NCBI GenBank assembly: GCA_016704275.1
Contig: JADJAK010000005.1
Location: 235,473-299,472 of the forward strand
Source of the DNA: Gemmatimonadota bacterium
Lineage (GTDB): Bacteria; Gemmatimonadota; Gemmatimonadetes; Gemmatimonadales; GWC2-71-9
Length of the DNA stretch: 64,000 bases
Direction: 5' to 3'
Within the stretch, counting starts at the first letter, position 1. Every line of letters starts with the position of its first letter. The notes beneath the pieces were generated by a model, which was not told the origin of the DNA, did not search any database, and was given only the letters and a program-made list of their open reading frames with translations. This document shows positions 54,428 through 64,000 of this stretch, one piece after another. The translations under genes were made by a program, and so were the position numbers.

Positions 54428-55177
54428 GTGGCGGGCTCCCCCACCATCACCCCAGCGATCGTCCTCGGGTCGATTCGATACGGGGAAACGTCGCGCATCG
54501 TTCGGCTGCTCACGCGCGACCTCGGGATGCTCAGCGCGATCGCGAAAGGGGCGCTGCGCCCCAAGAGCCGATTCGGCGCCTCCCTCCAACTCCTCAGCGA
54601 AGGTCAGGCCCACCTGCTCCAGTCGCGGAGTGGTGACCTCCACACCATGGTCGCCTTCGACCTGACAGGGTGGCATGGCGGCCTGGCGAACGACATGGGT
54701 CGGTTCCACGCGGCGTCCGCCCTGGCCGAGTTGGCAGTGCGCTTCGTGCCGCCGATCGGCAATCCCCCCCTCTTCGATGAAATCCGGCAGGCGGTGGCGC
54801 TCATCGAGCTCGCGCCCCTGGATGCCGTCGAGGTGGTGGGTCTGCGGGCGCTCTGGCGGCTGATCGGGGACCTCGGGCTGGGGCCGGCCCTCGAGCACTG
54901 CGCTCGCGACGGCGCCGACCTTCCCGAGGGGGCCGTCGCCTTCTCGCTCGGTGATGGTGGCTTCCTCTGCGCGGCCTGCGCCCGTGGGGCAGGTGCCGCG
55001 CGGCTGGCCGGGGAGGACCGGGCCGCCGTGGTGGCCCTGCTGACCCCGGGCGCCGACCTTCCGGTCCTGGATGCCCCCCACGCGGCTGCCCATCGACGGC
55101 TGCTGGCCCGCTGGGTCGGGCACCACCTGGCCGATGGGGAGCTTCCCGCCCTGGAGGCGTGGCGGCGCACGGGATAG
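54428..55177 (+). CDS. recO: DNA repair protein RecO
   Basis: ..AIVLGSIRYGETSRIVRLLTRDLGMLSAIAKGA.. OB-fold N-terminus and a Cys-containing region ..CARDG....GGFLCAAC.. Confidence 0.8.
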   Translation: MAGSPTITPAIVLGSIRYGETSRIVRLLTRDLGMLSAIAKGALRPKSRFGASLQLLSEGQAHLLQSRSGDLHTMVAFDLTGWHGGLANDMGRFHAASALAELAVRFVPPIGNPPLFDEIRQAVALIELAPLDAVEVVGLRALWRLIGDLGLGPALEHCARDGADLPEGAVAFSLGDGGFLCAACARGAGAARLAGEDRAAVVALLTPGADLPVLDAPHAAAHRRLLARWVGHHLADGELPALEAWRRTG

Positions 55178-55285
55178 TGGCCCGGGAGGCCCCGAGGTGG
55201 CACTATTCAGCTGTTCCATTCCCGAACCGTCACCCGACGGAGGCCTGTTCGAACCCACCATTGTGTGTTGCCTGAAGGAGTTTCC

Positions 55286-55711
55286 ATGCGCCGACTGCTC
55301 TGGTCGGTGGTCGTGGCGATGCTCCTCGGGGTGGTGACCAGGCCAGCCGTTGCCCAACGGTCGTCCGATCGGCCCGTGATCTCGCTCGAGGAACCGCGCC
55401 CCAACCCCGTCCTTCCGGCGGCGCTCGTTCCGTTTGCCATCGATGCGGAGGTCTGCCGCAAGGATCACATTCCACGCGTCAGCGTGAAGGTCTACAATGT
55501 GCTTGCCAATCCGGTGGCCGCGTTGCGGTTGCGGGGACGGCGAACCACTCCGCTCGACAACAGTCCGTTGCGATGCGGGGCCTACGTGGCGGTGTGGGAC
55601 GGCACCATCGATGGCGGGACGCGCGTTGCGCCGCCCGGGATCTACTACCTCCAGCTTGCCGTGGATGACCGGGCTCCACGCACCAGAAAGCTGATCGTGA
55701 CCCAACCGTGA
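55286..55711 (+). CDS. Small secreted protein with FlgD-Ig-like C-terminal beta-sandwich
   Basis: AAGGAG lies 7 nt upstream of the ATG. Signal peptide MRRLLWSVVVAMLLGVVTRPAVAQ. ..VKVYNVLANPVA..VWDGT..GIYYLQL.. pattern. Confidence 0.55.
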   Translation: MRRLLWSVVVAMLLGVVTRPAVAQRSSDRPVISLEEPRPNPVLPAALVPFAIDAEVCRKDHIPRVSVKVYNVLANPVAALRLRGRRTTPLDNSPLRCGAYVAVWDGTIDGGTRVAPPGIYYLQLAVDDRAPRTRKLIVTQP

Positions 55712-55731
55712 GGGACGCCTGTGCGTCCCTC
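55710..55731 (+). terminator. Stem-loop GAGGGACGC-ctgt-GCGTCCCTC overlapping the stop codon of the preceding gene
   Basis: Perfect 9-bp GC-rich stem with a 4-nt loop, followed by gcggcgTTT. Weak U-tract. Confidence 0.45.
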
Positions 55732-55843
55732 GCGGCGTTTCAGGCATACACCGATACCTAGGGAGTCTCGGTTCGGCCATTCCGGCAGGTGCGGCGCGGC
55801 GCGTCCCTTGCCATCTTCCACGAGAGCCCAGGAGGGATGTCCG

Positions 55844-58456
55844 ATGCTGAGACCAGAACGATTGACCGTGAAGGCGCAGGAAGCGGTGCGGGACGCGATC
55901 GAGCATGCCGGCAAGCGCGGCAACCCGGTCGTGAATGACGCGCACCTGCTCGCCGTGCTGCTGGCCCAGGACGATGGCATCGTGCCGCCGCTCCTCCGCA
56001 AGGCCGGGGTGACGGTGTCCCGCCTCAGCAATCTGGTCGAGGCCGAGGTCGCCACCTTCCCGAAGCAGGAGGGTGGCGACACTCAGCCGACGATCGATCG
56101 TGGCCTGTCGAAGCTCTTCGATCGCGCCGAGAAGCTCAGCAAGGAGTTCGGTGACGACTACGTCTCCACCGAGCATCTGCTGTTGGCGCTGACCGAGGAG
56201 AAGGGCACCACCGCGCGCCGCCTGCTCGAGGACGCCGGGTTGACCGCGAAGCAGTTGCGCGACGCGCTCGCCCAGCTGCGCGGGTCGCATCGCGTGACCG
56301 ACCAGACGCCGGAAGAGAAGTATCAGGCGCTCGAACGCTTCACCCGCAACCTCACCCAATCGGCACGGGACGGAAAACTCGATCCCGTGATCGGTCGCGA
56401 CGAGGAAGTACGGCGCGTGATGCAGGTGCTATCGCGGCGGACCAAGAACAACCCCGTCCTCATCGGCGAGCCCGGCGTCGGCAAGACGGCGATCGTCGAA
56501 GGGCTGGCGCAGCGGATCGTCAATGGCGACGTCCCTGACTCGCTCCGCAATCGCGAGGTCGTGGCGCTCGACATCGGGCTGCTGCTCGCGGGCGCGAAGT
56601 ACCGCGGCGAATTCGAGGAGCGCCTCAAGGCGGTGGTCAAGGAATTGACCGACGCCGAGGGGCGCTACATCGTCTTCATCGACGAACTGCACACCCTGGT
56701 GGGCGCCGGGAAAGCGGAGGGTGCGGTCGACGCCTCCAACCTGCTCAAGCCGGCGCTGGCGCGCGGCGAGTTGCACGTGGTCGGCGCCACGACGCTCGAC
56801 GAGTACCGCCTGCACGTCGAGAAGGACGCCGCGCTCGAGCGGCGCTTCCAGCCGGTCTACGTCGGCGAGCCGAGCGTGGAGGACACCATCGCCATCCTCC
56901 GCGGCCTCAAGGAGAAGTACGAGGTCCACCATGGCGTCCGGATCACCGACAACGCCCTGATCGCGGCGGCCACCCTCTCCAGTCGCTACATCGGCGACCG
57001 CTTCCTGCCGGACAAGGCGATCGACCTGATCGACGAGGCCGCCGCACGGCTCCGCATGGAGATCGACTCGCTGCCGCAGGAGATCGACGAGGTCGAGCGG
57101 CGCGTGCTGCAGCTCGAGATCGAGCGGCAATCGCTCCTGCGCGAGAAGGACAAGGCGTCCATCGAGCGTCGGTCGATCCTCGAGCAGGAGATCGCCGAGC
57201 AGCGGGAGAAGAGTGCCGGCATGAAGGCGCAGTGGCAGTCCGAAAAGTCTGCCATCGAGAAGATCCAGAAGAAGAAGGCCGAAGTGGAGCAGCTGCGCGC
57301 CGAGGTGGACCAGGCCACGCGCAGTGGCGATCTCCAGAAGGCCGGTGAGCTCCGCTACGGGCGCATTCCCGAGCTGGAGCGCGCACTCACCGTTGAGGAG
57401 GCGAAGCTCGGCGATGCCTCGCAGGGGGCGCGCTACCTCCGCGAGGAGGTGGACACCGAGGACATCGCATCGGTCGTCGCCAAGTGGACGGGGATTCCGG
57501 TCACCAAGATGCTGGAATCCGATCGGGCGCGGCTGACCCGCCTCGAGGCCGAGCTGGCCCGACGGGTCGTCGGACAGCCCGAGGCGATTGCCGCGGTATC
57601 GAATGCCGTGCGGAGGGCCCGGGCGGGACTGCAGGACACCGCGCGCCCGACCGGCTCCTTCATCTTCCTCGGCCCGACCGGTGTCGGCAAGACGGAGACG
57701 GCGCGGGCGCTCGCCGAGTTCCTCTTCGACGATGAACGGGCGATGGTGCGGCTCGACATGTCGGAGTACATGGAGAAGCACGCCGTCTCGCGGATGATCG
57801 GGGCACCCCCAGGGTACGTCGGCTACGAAGAGGGCGGCCAGCTGACCGAGGCGGTGCGGCGGCGGCCGTATTCCGTCCTGCTGTTCGATGAAATCGAGAA
57901 GGCGCATCCCGACGTCTTCAATCTGCTGCTGCAGGTGCTGGACGATGGCCGGCTGACCGACTCCCAGGGACGGGTGGTGGATTTCCGGAACACCGTCATC
58001 ATCATGACAAGCAATCTGGGCGGGCGCTTCATCACCGCCGTGCGGGAGCCGGATCCGGTGGAGTGGCTCGAGATCGAGTCCAAGGTGCTCGAGGAGTTGC
58101 GGGCGCACTTCCGTCCCGAATTCCTCAACCGCGTGGATGACGTGATCGTCTTCCATCCGCTGACGCGCGAGGATCTCGATCAGATCGTGGCACTGCAGCT
58201 GGGGAAGTTGCGCGCGCTGATCGCCGGCAAGGGGATGGTGCTCGACGTGACCCCGGAGGCGATGTCGTGGATCGGGGACGCGGGGTACGATCCGCTCTAC
58301 GGCGCGCGTCCGCTCAAGCGGGTCATTCAGCGCGAGCTGCAGAACCCGATCGCGATGGAGTTGCTCGCGGGCTCCTACGAGGAGGGCGACATCATCCGCG
58401 TCACCGTGGTGGGCGAGCAACTCACCTTCGAGCGGGTCTCGGCCGCGAGTGGGTGA
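55844..58456 (+). CDS. clpB: AAA+ disaggregase chaperone ClpB
   Basis: Internal ATG preceded by GGAGGG. Clp-N domain, two AAA+ modules ([15 protein letters not shown]; [15 protein letters not shown]) and a long middle coiled-coil. Confidence 0.92.
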   Translation: MLRPERLTVKAQEAVRDAIEHAGKRGNPVVNDAHLLAVLLAQDDGIVPPLLRKAGVTVSRLSNLVEAEVATFPKQEGGDTQPTIDRGLSKLFDRAEKLSKEFGDDYVSTEHLLLALTEEKGTTARRLLEDAGLTAKQLRDALAQLRGSHRVTDQTPEEKYQALERFTRNLTQSARDGKLDPVIGRDEEVRRVMQVLSRRTKNNPVLIGEPGVGKTAIVEGLAQRIVNGDVPDSLRNREVVALDIGLLLAGAKYRGEFEERLKAVVKELTDAEGRYIVFIDELHTLVGAGKAEGAVDASNLLKPALARGELHVVGATTLDEYRLHVEKDAALERRFQPVYVGEPSVEDTIAILRGLKEKYEVHHGVRITDNALIAAATLSSRYIGDRFLPDKAIDLIDEAAARLRMEIDSLPQEIDEVERRVLQLEIERQSLLREKDKASIERRSILEQEIAEQREKSAGMKAQWQSEKSAIEKIQKKKAEVEQLRAEVDQATRSGDLQKAGELRYGRIPELERALTVEEAKLGDASQGARYLREEVDTEDIASVVAKWTGIPVTKMLESDRARLTRLEAELARRVVGQPEAIAAVSNAVRRARAGLQDTARPTGSFIFLGPTGVGKTETARALAEFLFDDERAMVRLDMSEYMEKHAVSRMIGAPPGYVGYEEGGQLTEAVRRRPYSVLLFDEIEKAHPDVFNLLLQVLDDGRLTDSQGRVVDFRNTVIIMTSNLGGRFITAVREPDPVEWLEIESKVLEELRAHFRPEFLNRVDDVIVFHPLTREDLDQIVALQLGKLRALIAGKGMVLDVTPEAMSWIGDAGYDPLYGARPLKRVIQRELQNPIAMELLAGSYEEGDIIRVTVVGEQLTFERVSAASG

Positions 58457-58916
58457 AGCGCCACCCTCCGCCCTCGACCTCGCGGGGATGCGGCTGGCGC
58501 TCGCGCAGGCCGCAGCGGCCGCGGCGGCAGGCGAGGTCCCGGTCGGCGCCGTGGTCTGCGTGGGCGATCGGGTGCTCGCCGCCGCGCACAACCGGACCGT
58601 GGCGTCCGGCGATCCGACGGCCCACGCCGAGTGCCTCGCCATTCGCGAGGCACTCGGCGCATTGGGGAGTGATCGACTTCCCGATGCCACCCTGTACGTC
58701 ACCCTTGAGCCGTGTGCTCAGTGTGCCGGTGCGATCATCCTCGCCAAGGTCGGTCGGGTGGTCTTCGGGGCGTGGGACGACAAGGCGGGGATGGCCGGTT
58801 CGGTGCACGACCTGCTGCGCCATCCGCGCCTGAACCACCACCCCGAGGTGCGGGGCGGGGTGCTCGCCGAAGCCTGCGGTGATATTCTTCGGCACTTCTT
58901 CCAGGATCGTCGCTGA
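58449..58916 (+). CDS. tadA: tRNA adenosine(34) deaminase TadA
   Basis: HAECLAI and PCAQCAGAI zinc motifs. About 155 aa. Confidence 0.85.
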   Translation: MGEAPPSALDLAGMRLALAQAAAAAAAGEVPVGAVVCVGDRVLAAAHNRTVASGDPTAHAECLAIREALGALGSDRLPDATLYVTLEPCAQCAGAIILAKVGRVVFGAWDDKAGMAGSVHDLLRHPRLNHHPEVRGGVLAEACGDILRHFFQDRR

Positions 58917-60023
58917 GTGAAGCGCCTTGCTCTGCTCCTCGCCCTCGGGCTGGCAGCCGCCCCGGTGGCGGCCCAGCGTCCGGCCAATCACGTCATCTTC
59001 ATCACGCTTGATGGCGTGCGACCCGAGGACCTCTTCGGCGGCGCCGACTCCCTCGTCCTCTTCGACAAGAAGGCCTCCGGCATCGTCGATACCACGGCCA
59101 CCCGGGGTCGCTTCTGGCGCGGCTCGGTGGCCGAGCGTCGCCGGGTGCTGATGCCGTTCTTCTGGGATTCGCTGGTGCCCCAAGGTGCCCTCGTCGGCAG
59201 ACTCGATGGGGCGCCGACCACCATCACCAACGGTCTCAAGTTTTCCGCACCTGGCTATCAGGAGCTGTTCACCGGGAAGGCGCAGCCCGACGTCACCTCC
59301 AACGACGATCGCCGCTACGCCCACCGGACCATCTTCGATGTCGTGCGTGACCGGCTGGCGACGAAGCACACCGATGTCGCTGCCTTCACCTCATGGGCCG
59401 TGCAGGGGCGGCTGGTCTCGAACCGACCGGAAGCCGTAGTCGTGAGCGCCTCGTTCGAGCCGCTGCCACCGGAGTCCCGCGTTGGGGCCGGAGCGGTGAT
59501 CGAGCCGCTGCAGCGTCGGATCATTTATCCCGACGTCGCCATGCGCCTCGACGGCTTCACCCATGCCCTCGCCGCCGACTACCTCGTCCGGTACCATCCC
59601 CGACTGCTCCACATCGGGCATGGCGAGACCGACGAGGATGCGCATGCGCGCCGGTATGACCGCTACCTCGCGGCGATGCACGAGGCCGATGCGATGCTGC
59701 GGGAGTTGTGGCATACCATCCAGGCGGATCCGGTGCTTCGCGGGCGGACGGCGCTGGTGCTCACGACCGACCATGGGCGGGGCCGGACGCCGGCCGACTG
59801 GACATCGCACGGCAAGGATGTCGCGGGTGCGGAGCACATCTGGGTCTTCGCCGTCGGGGCAGGGGTGGCGCCGCGCGGCGTCGTGACCACCATCCCCACC
59901 ACGCAATCACAGGTCGGCCCGACGATTCTCGCCTTGCTGGGCCTCGACCCGCGAGACCTCGCGGCGGATGCTGCCCAACCGGCGTGGCATCTGCTCGCGG
60001 CCACGCGCCCAAGTCGCCAGTGA
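58917..60023 (+). CDS. Alkaline-phosphatase-superfamily metalloenzyme (phosphodiesterase/phosphatase-like), secreted
   Basis: Signal peptide. ..VIFITLDGVRPEDL.. and ..LVLTTDHGRG.. metal-site motifs. Confidence 0.65.
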   Translation: MKRLALLLALGLAAAPVAAQRPANHVIFITLDGVRPEDLFGGADSLVLFDKKASGIVDTTATRGRFWRGSVAERRRVLMPFFWDSLVPQGALVGRLDGAPTTITNGLKFSAPGYQELFTGKAQPDVTSNDDRRYAHRTIFDVVRDRLATKHTDVAAFTSWAVQGRLVSNRPEAVVVSASFEPLPPESRVGAGAVIEPLQRRIIYPDVAMRLDGFTHALAADYLVRYHPRLLHIGHGETDEDAHARRYDRYLAAMHEADAMLRELWHTIQADPVLRGRTALVLTTDHGRGRTPADWTSHGKDVAGAEHIWVFAVGAGVAPRGVVTTIPTTQSQVGPTILALLGLDPRDLAADAAQPAWHLLAATRPSRQ

Positions 60024-60092
60024 AGCCCGTGGCCATCGGGCCGATAACCTGAACAGCGGCCGGTGCTGGCCGTCGTTCCCCTCGGAGGCGTC

Positions 60093-61319
60093 GTGAAGGT
60101 TCTGGTCGTTGATGATGATCCCACCATGCGGCGGCTGGTCGTCCGCCTCGCATCGCGTCACCCCCATGTCGAGATCACCGAAGCCGACAATGGCGTCGCC
60201 GCACTGGCAGCCGTCGAGGCAGAACGCCCCGACCTCGTGATCACCGATGTCACCATGCCGTACCTCGACGGGCTCGGCTTGCTCGAAGCGCTTCGCGGCT
60301 CGGCGGCCTACCGGGAATTGCCGGTCGTGGCCGTGTCGGCCATCTCCGACAAGGCGCTGGTGCTCCGCATGGTCGACCTCGGCATCGAGGACTATCTCCT
60401 CAAGCCGCTCGATCCCGCCACCGCCGGCCAACGATTCGATGAGTTGCTCGGCCGCGTCGAGGCACGGCGCGCCGCGCCCACGGCGGCGAGCACGACCCGC
60501 GACTCGCTGATGCTGATTGACCGCGAGCCCGGGTATGGTGCCGTCGTCCGTGCCGCCCTGGGGAGCCGGTTTGCGATCGTCGACGATCTCCCGGCCGCCG
60601 CGGCCTTTGCCTCCGCGATCGCTGCGCCGCCGCTGCTTGTCCTCCTCGGACAGGGCCTCGCCATGCCCTCCGAAGTGGTCATCGCTCGGACGCTCCGCGC
60701 CAGCGGGGCCAGCAAAGTGGTGCTGCTGACCGATCACGCCGTGACCGAAGGTGGCGACGCCTTCGATGCGATCGTCCAACGGACGCACGTGCCGCAGAAG
60801 CTGCTCGCGTCGCTGGAGTCGTTGATCGCCGGGCTGCGCGACGACGGCGGTCAGCTCACCAAGCATCTCGCGGCGGTGGGCGCCGACCTCGGTGTGGCCT
60901 GTCGACAGTCGCTCGGTATCCTGACAGGCCAGGAATCGTCGCTCGTCGAGGCAGGTGACGGCCCCACCGGAGAGCTCGTGAGCGTCCGCGTCTCGCTGAC
61001 CCGCGTGGGCGGGAGCGAATCCGTGGCGCTGGTGTTGCGCATGACGGCCGCGGACGTGACCGCCCTGGCCGCACCCGATGGGGCCGACGAAGGCGCCGCC
61101 GACAAGTTGCTCCATGCCGTGGCCACCCCCGCCGCGGCCCGAGTGGCGCATGCCCTCTCGCAGCGGGGCTGGACCTTCAGCGCCAACGCCTCGACAGAGA
61201 ACGCCGAGCCTGACACGGACGCCGCCGCTCGCGTGCTCGTTCGCACCGAAGGTGGCCAACTGCTCGAAGCCGTGCTCTCGGTCGACGCATCGCCGCCGGC
61301 GGCGGTGGCCGCCGGATGA
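60093..61319 (+). CDS. Response regulator: N-terminal receiver domain plus about 290-aa uncharacterised C-terminal region
   Basis: GGAGG lies upstream of the GTG. VKVLVVDDDP..DLVITDVTMPYLDG..VVAVSA..YLLKP. The following segment looks receiver-like but lacks the acidic pocket. Confidence 0.75.
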   Translation: MKVLVVDDDPTMRRLVVRLASRHPHVEITEADNGVAALAAVEAERPDLVITDVTMPYLDGLGLLEALRGSAAYRELPVVAVSAISDKALVLRMVDLGIEDYLLKPLDPATAGQRFDELLGRVEARRAAPTAASTTRDSLMLIDREPGYGAVVRAALGSRFAIVDDLPAAAAFASAIAAPPLLVLLGQGLAMPSEVVIARTLRASGASKVVLLTDHAVTEGGDAFDAIVQRTHVPQKLLASLESLIAGLRDDGGQLTKHLAAVGADLGVACRQSLGILTGQESSLVEAGDGPTGELVSVRVSLTRVGGSESVALVLRMTAADVTALAAPDGADEGAADKLLHAVATPAAARVAHALSQRGWTFSANASTENAEPDTDAAARVLVRTEGGQLLEAVLSVDASPPAAVAAG

Positions 61320-62944
61320 CGGTGCCACGGGTCGCCTCCACGTCGTCGGTCGCGACCCGACTCGAGATCGCGCTGATCGCCGCCGTCTGCGCGGCGCTCT
61401 GCATCGTGCTCGGATGGACCAGTCGCACGGCGCTCAACCCCGACGGCGTCTCCTATCTCGACATCGCGGCCCGGTTCTCGGCTGGTGATTGGTCCGGCGC
61501 CGTCCAGGGCTACTGGAGTCCACTCTACCCGCTGCTCCTCGCGGTGCTCGGCACCGCGACGGGCGCGACCGGTGCAACGCTCCTGGGGCAGGTGCATTTT
61601 CTGAATGTCGGTATCGCACTTGGCATCGTGGCGCTGCTCTGGCGAATGGCCCGAGTGCACGGCGACCCGATCGTCGCGCGCGCCCTCTTTGCGGCCTTCC
61701 TGCTCGCGTCGGCGCGGACCCCACGACTCGACGCCGTGACACCCGATCTGCTGCTGATTGGGGCGGTCCTCGGATTGGGCGGTGAGTTGCTCCGTGGCGC
61801 GGGCAGCCGATGGTACGCGCTGGGGGCGTGGTTCGGGGTGATCTTCCTGACCAAGACCAGCAGTTGGCCCTGGCTGCTCGTCACCGTGGCGATCCTGGCG
61901 ATCGCCGGGGATCGTGCGATGCGCCGCACCCTTGTCCGCGCAGGTGGTGTGGCGCTTGTGGTGATGGCGCTGTGGGTGGTGCCGCTCTCGCTCAAGTCCG
62001 GTCGGCCGACGCTCGGCAGCGCGGGTGCCTTCAACGCCTGCTGGTATCTCGAACGGTGCGACTCGCGGACACCCGACGAACACTCCGGCGCCCATGCGCG
62101 CTACGGTGGGCTCCGTCTCGCCGACGGCGAACTGGTCACCGTGGCGGACTTCAGCAATACGCAATGGACGTATGCACCGTGGTCCGATCCGACGGCGTGG
62201 CAGGCCGAGGTCGGCAGCATCAACCGCGCACCGCTCGACCTCTTCGACCTGGTCGGCTACTGGAGTCGACAGGGCTGGGCGGTGATCTCGCTCTGGACCC
62301 CGCAACTGCTGCTCTTTGTCTTGTTCCCTGTGGCACTCCTCAGCAGGAGCCGCGGCCTGCTGGGCAGGGGCTGGCGGGAGCAACGGATGGCGGTGCTGCT
62401 GGTGGTGCTCGGCCTCGCTGGCGTGGCGCAGTTCATCGTGGTGCACGCCGAACCGCGACTGATCGCGCCGTTCGTCCTGCTGACGTCGATGGGTTGCCTC
62501 TGGTGGTGGCGCGCGCCGGGGATCGCCACATCAGCCCGGCCGTTTCGGTCGGAGGTCGTCCTGGTGCTGAGCTGGGTTGGACTCGTGTCTGCGGTGCTGC
62601 GCGGGGCGATCTACGTCCCGGAACTGATGAAGCGCGCAACAGAGGACACCGCGCGCTTCGAACGGTTGCGTCGGGCCGGAGACGCCGCGGTGCCCGGCGG
62701 ATTGGCCGGACGCGCCGTCGTGGTGGTGGGTCCGGCCATCCCGGTCGTCTCCGACGCGTGGCTGTTCGGTGCCCGCATCGTGGCGCAGATCCCGCCAGGC
62801 TCGGCGGCGAGAATTCGCAACTGGACCCCGGCGCAGCAGCGGGAGATGCTCGGGCTGCTGGGGCAGGGAGATGGTGACGTGGCATGGATGACGGCAACCA
62901 ACGGGTCGATTCTGATGGCCCCCATTGTTCGGAGCACCCGATGA
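61316..62944 (+). CDS. Polytopic membrane protein, GT39/ArnT-like glycosyltransferase fold suspected
   Basis: About 12 hydrophobic segments. N-terminal ..NPDGVSYLDIA..YWSPLYPLLL.. resembles ArnT/PMT-type lipid-linked glycosyltransferases. No firm motif. Confidence 0.45.
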   Translation: MTVPRVASTSSVATRLEIALIAAVCAALCIVLGWTSRTALNPDGVSYLDIAARFSAGDWSGAVQGYWSPLYPLLLAVLGTATGATGATLLGQVHFLNVGIALGIVALLWRMARVHGDPIVARALFAAFLLASARTPRLDAVTPDLLLIGAVLGLGGELLRGAGSRWYALGAWFGVIFLTKTSSWPWLLVTVAILAIAGDRAMRRTLVRAGGVALVVMALWVVPLSLKSGRPTLGSAGAFNACWYLERCDSRTPDEHSGAHARYGGLRLADGELVTVADFSNTQWTYAPWSDPTAWQAEVGSINRAPLDLFDLVGYWSRQGWAVISLWTPQLLLFVLFPVALLSRSRGLLGRGWREQRMAVLLVVLGLAGVAQFIVVHAEPRLIAPFVLLTSMGCLWWWRAPGIATSARPFRSEVVLVLSWVGLVSAVLRGAIYVPELMKRATEDTARFERLRRAGDAAVPGGLAGRAVVVVGPAIPVVSDAWLFGARIVAQIPPGSAARIRNWTPAQQREMLGLLGQGDGDVAWMTATNGSILMAPIVRSTR

Positions 62945-63399
62945 AGGCTGGATGGACTGTCGTGGCGATGGCCAGTGTGCTCCTGCCCGGCTGTCGGCGG
63001 GCCCCCGAGGTCACCGGGGCGAGTGCCGCGGTGGGGGATGTCACCATCCGTGACGGAGTCGCCTGGGGGCTCGCCTCGAGCCGAAGTTCGACGATTGGGT
63101 TCCGCGCCTCTGCCGCCGTGGCCGACACGCTGATCGCCGTGGAGAGCCCCGACGGCCTCGCCACGCTGCACACGACGCTCGACGGCCGGATGGTGGACCT
63201 GACGGCCCTGCCCGTGGCGGGCGGTGCCACGGAGGTGCTGGGCGGGGGTGGTGCGCACATCATGCTCACGGAGGCGACGCACGGCTATGCGGCCGGCGAT
63301 TCCGTGCGGATCGTGCTCCAGTGGGCACGGAGCGGGCGAGTGGCCTTCTCCGTGCCCCTGCGGAACTACTCCGATGCCTCGGGGCTGCTCGGCCGCTGA
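62941..63399 (+). CDS. Lipoprotein, PCu(A)C/DUF461-like copper chaperone candidate
   Basis: Internal ATG (ATGA overlap). Lipobox VLLPGC. ..GGAHIMLTE..GDSVRIVLQW.. resembles the H(M)..M copper-binding region of PCuAC. Confidence 0.5.
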   Translation: MKAGWTVVAMASVLLPGCRRAPEVTGASAAVGDVTIRDGVAWGLASSRSSTIGFRASAAVADTLIAVESPDGLATLHTTLDGRMVDLTALPVAGGATEVLGGGGAHIMLTEATHGYAAGDSVRIVLQWARSGRVAFSVPLRNYSDASGLLGR

Positions 63400-63408
63400 C
63401 CAGGCCCA

Positions 63409-63434
63409 GGGCCGCCCCTCTTGATCGGCGGCCC
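63409..63434 (+). terminator. Stem-loop GGGCCGCC-(10 nt)-GGCGGCCC downstream of the PCuAC-like gene
   Basis: Perfect 8-bp GC stem. A T-run (cattttgt) lies about 10 nt downstream. Confidence 0.4.
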
Positions 63435-63482
63435 GCTTCCGGCCATTTTGTCGTGCTCCTGTGCCTCCGGCACCGGAATCCA

Positions 63483-63569
63483 GGACAGGTGTCCGAGTGG
63501 TTGAAGGAACCGGTCTCGAAAACCGGCAAACCGGCAACGGTTTCGAGGGTTCGAATCCCTCCCTGTCCG
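63483..63569 (+). tRNA. tRNA-Ser (anticodon CGA)
   Basis: Cloverleaf read by hand. Acceptor GGACAGG/CCTGTCC. Anticodon stem CCGGT/ACCGG with loop CU-CGA-AA. Long variable arm AAACCG-gcaa-CGGTTT. T-arm GAGGG-TTCGAAT-CCCTC. Discriminator G. No encoded CCA. Confidence 0.92.
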
Positions 63570-63580
63570 TCGATTCGCCC

Positions 63581-63612
63581 GAGGGGCGCTCCCAATCCCG
63601 GGGGCGCCCCTC
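63581..63612 (+). terminator. Stem-loop GAGGGGCGC-(14 nt)-GCGCCCCTC downstream of tRNA-Ser
   Basis: Perfect 9-bp stem followed by cggcTTTcc. Confidence 0.4.
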
Positions 63613-63643
63613 CGGCTTTCCCCTCGGGGTGCTATCCTTCGGT

Positions 63644-63817
63644 ATGGTCCTTCCGCTGCTCCTCGCCACGCAGGGCTCGCTTCCCGAGGCGTGCATCCTG
63701 ACCGGCCTCTGCAACATCGTGCAGCCGGCCCCGCCGGTTGCACCCGGGGTCCTCTTCGTCGCGGTCGGCATGGTGTGGGCCGGCGTCTGGGGAATGCGCC
63801 GCCGTCCCGTTCGATGA
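63644..63817 (+). CDS. Small (57 aa) hydrophobic ORF translationally coupled to the downstream ABC ATPase
   Basis: [61 protein letters not shown] overlap with the next gene. It may not be a real gene. Confidence 0.3.
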   Translation: MVLPLLLATQGSLPEACILTGLCNIVQPAPPVAPGVLFVAVGMVWAGVWGMRRRPVR

Positions 63818-64000
63818 CCAGCGCGGTCCAGCTCGTCGAGCTGCGAAAGACCTACCCCGGTTCCACGACCCCAGCACTCGACGGCATCTCCCTCGACGTC
63901 CCTGCCGGCTCGATCTATGGCATCCTCGGCCCGAATGGCGCGGGGAAGACCACCACGATCGGGATCTGCACCACCCGCGTCCGCCCGAGTGGCGGCACCG
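63814..64000 (+). CDS. ABC transporter ATP-binding protein, N-terminal part (runs off the window)
   Basis: My own translation: [54 protein letters not shown].. Walker A motif present. Confidence 0.8.
   Translation, partial: MTSAVQLVELRKTYPGSTTPALDGISLDVPAGSIYGILGPNGAGKTTTIGICTTRVRPSGGT

Noticed and set aside
63400-63820. tRNA-Ser as an integration site for a genomic island or prophage.
   Set aside because: There is no integrase, no direct repeat of the tRNA 3' end and no compositional shift visible in the 430 nt remaining after the tRNA. It cannot be assessed beyond the window edge.

Overview
High-GC (about two-thirds to 70% G+C by eye) bacterial chromosomal segment. It is very gene-dense: about 65 protein genes, all but one (mazG) on the + strand, many joined by 1-4 nt start/stop overlaps (ATGA/GTGA). 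Most of it is housekeeping: ftsZ 3' end, M23 peptidase, hisA, ftsY, Na+/solute symporter, recG, asnS, mazG, alr, deoB-cdd, miaB, ComFB-like + comEC, fbp, acyl-CoA mutase catalytic subunit, Ser/Thr kinase, argS, purM, ribD-ribE-ribBA-ribH-nusB, hprK + mannose-family PTS (IIA-IIB-IIC-IID) + ptsH-ptsI, metK-ahcY, a cobalamin-riboswitch-led ABC/TonB uptake operon, recO, clpB, tadA, a response regulator and tRNA-Ser(CGA). The stand-out region is 9.1-13.7 kb, between recG and asnS. It holds four tandem, diverged paralogues of a protein family I cannot name: N-terminal CxxC-x31-CxxC zinc ribbon, Gly/Ala-rich putative TM hairpin, variable centre, conserved C-terminal helix. One copy is broken by two frameshifts and one lacks a canonical start codon. 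The copies are separated by heptanucleotide tandem-repeat tracts. Related heptamer tracts, some arranged as long inverted arrays, occur in other intergenic spacers between 6.9 and 16 kb and nowhere else in the window. I saw no CRISPR array, transposase, integrase or phage genes. The long minus-strand ORFs in the track are GC-driven shadow ORFs. The phylum cannot be established from the sequence alone; the style fits soil lineages such as Gemmatimonadota or Acidobacteriota, but that is only an inference. CDS coordinates follow the supplied ORF track, with starts refined by homology-style reasoning. Repeat and hairpin coordinates were counted by hand and may be off by 1-2 nt.
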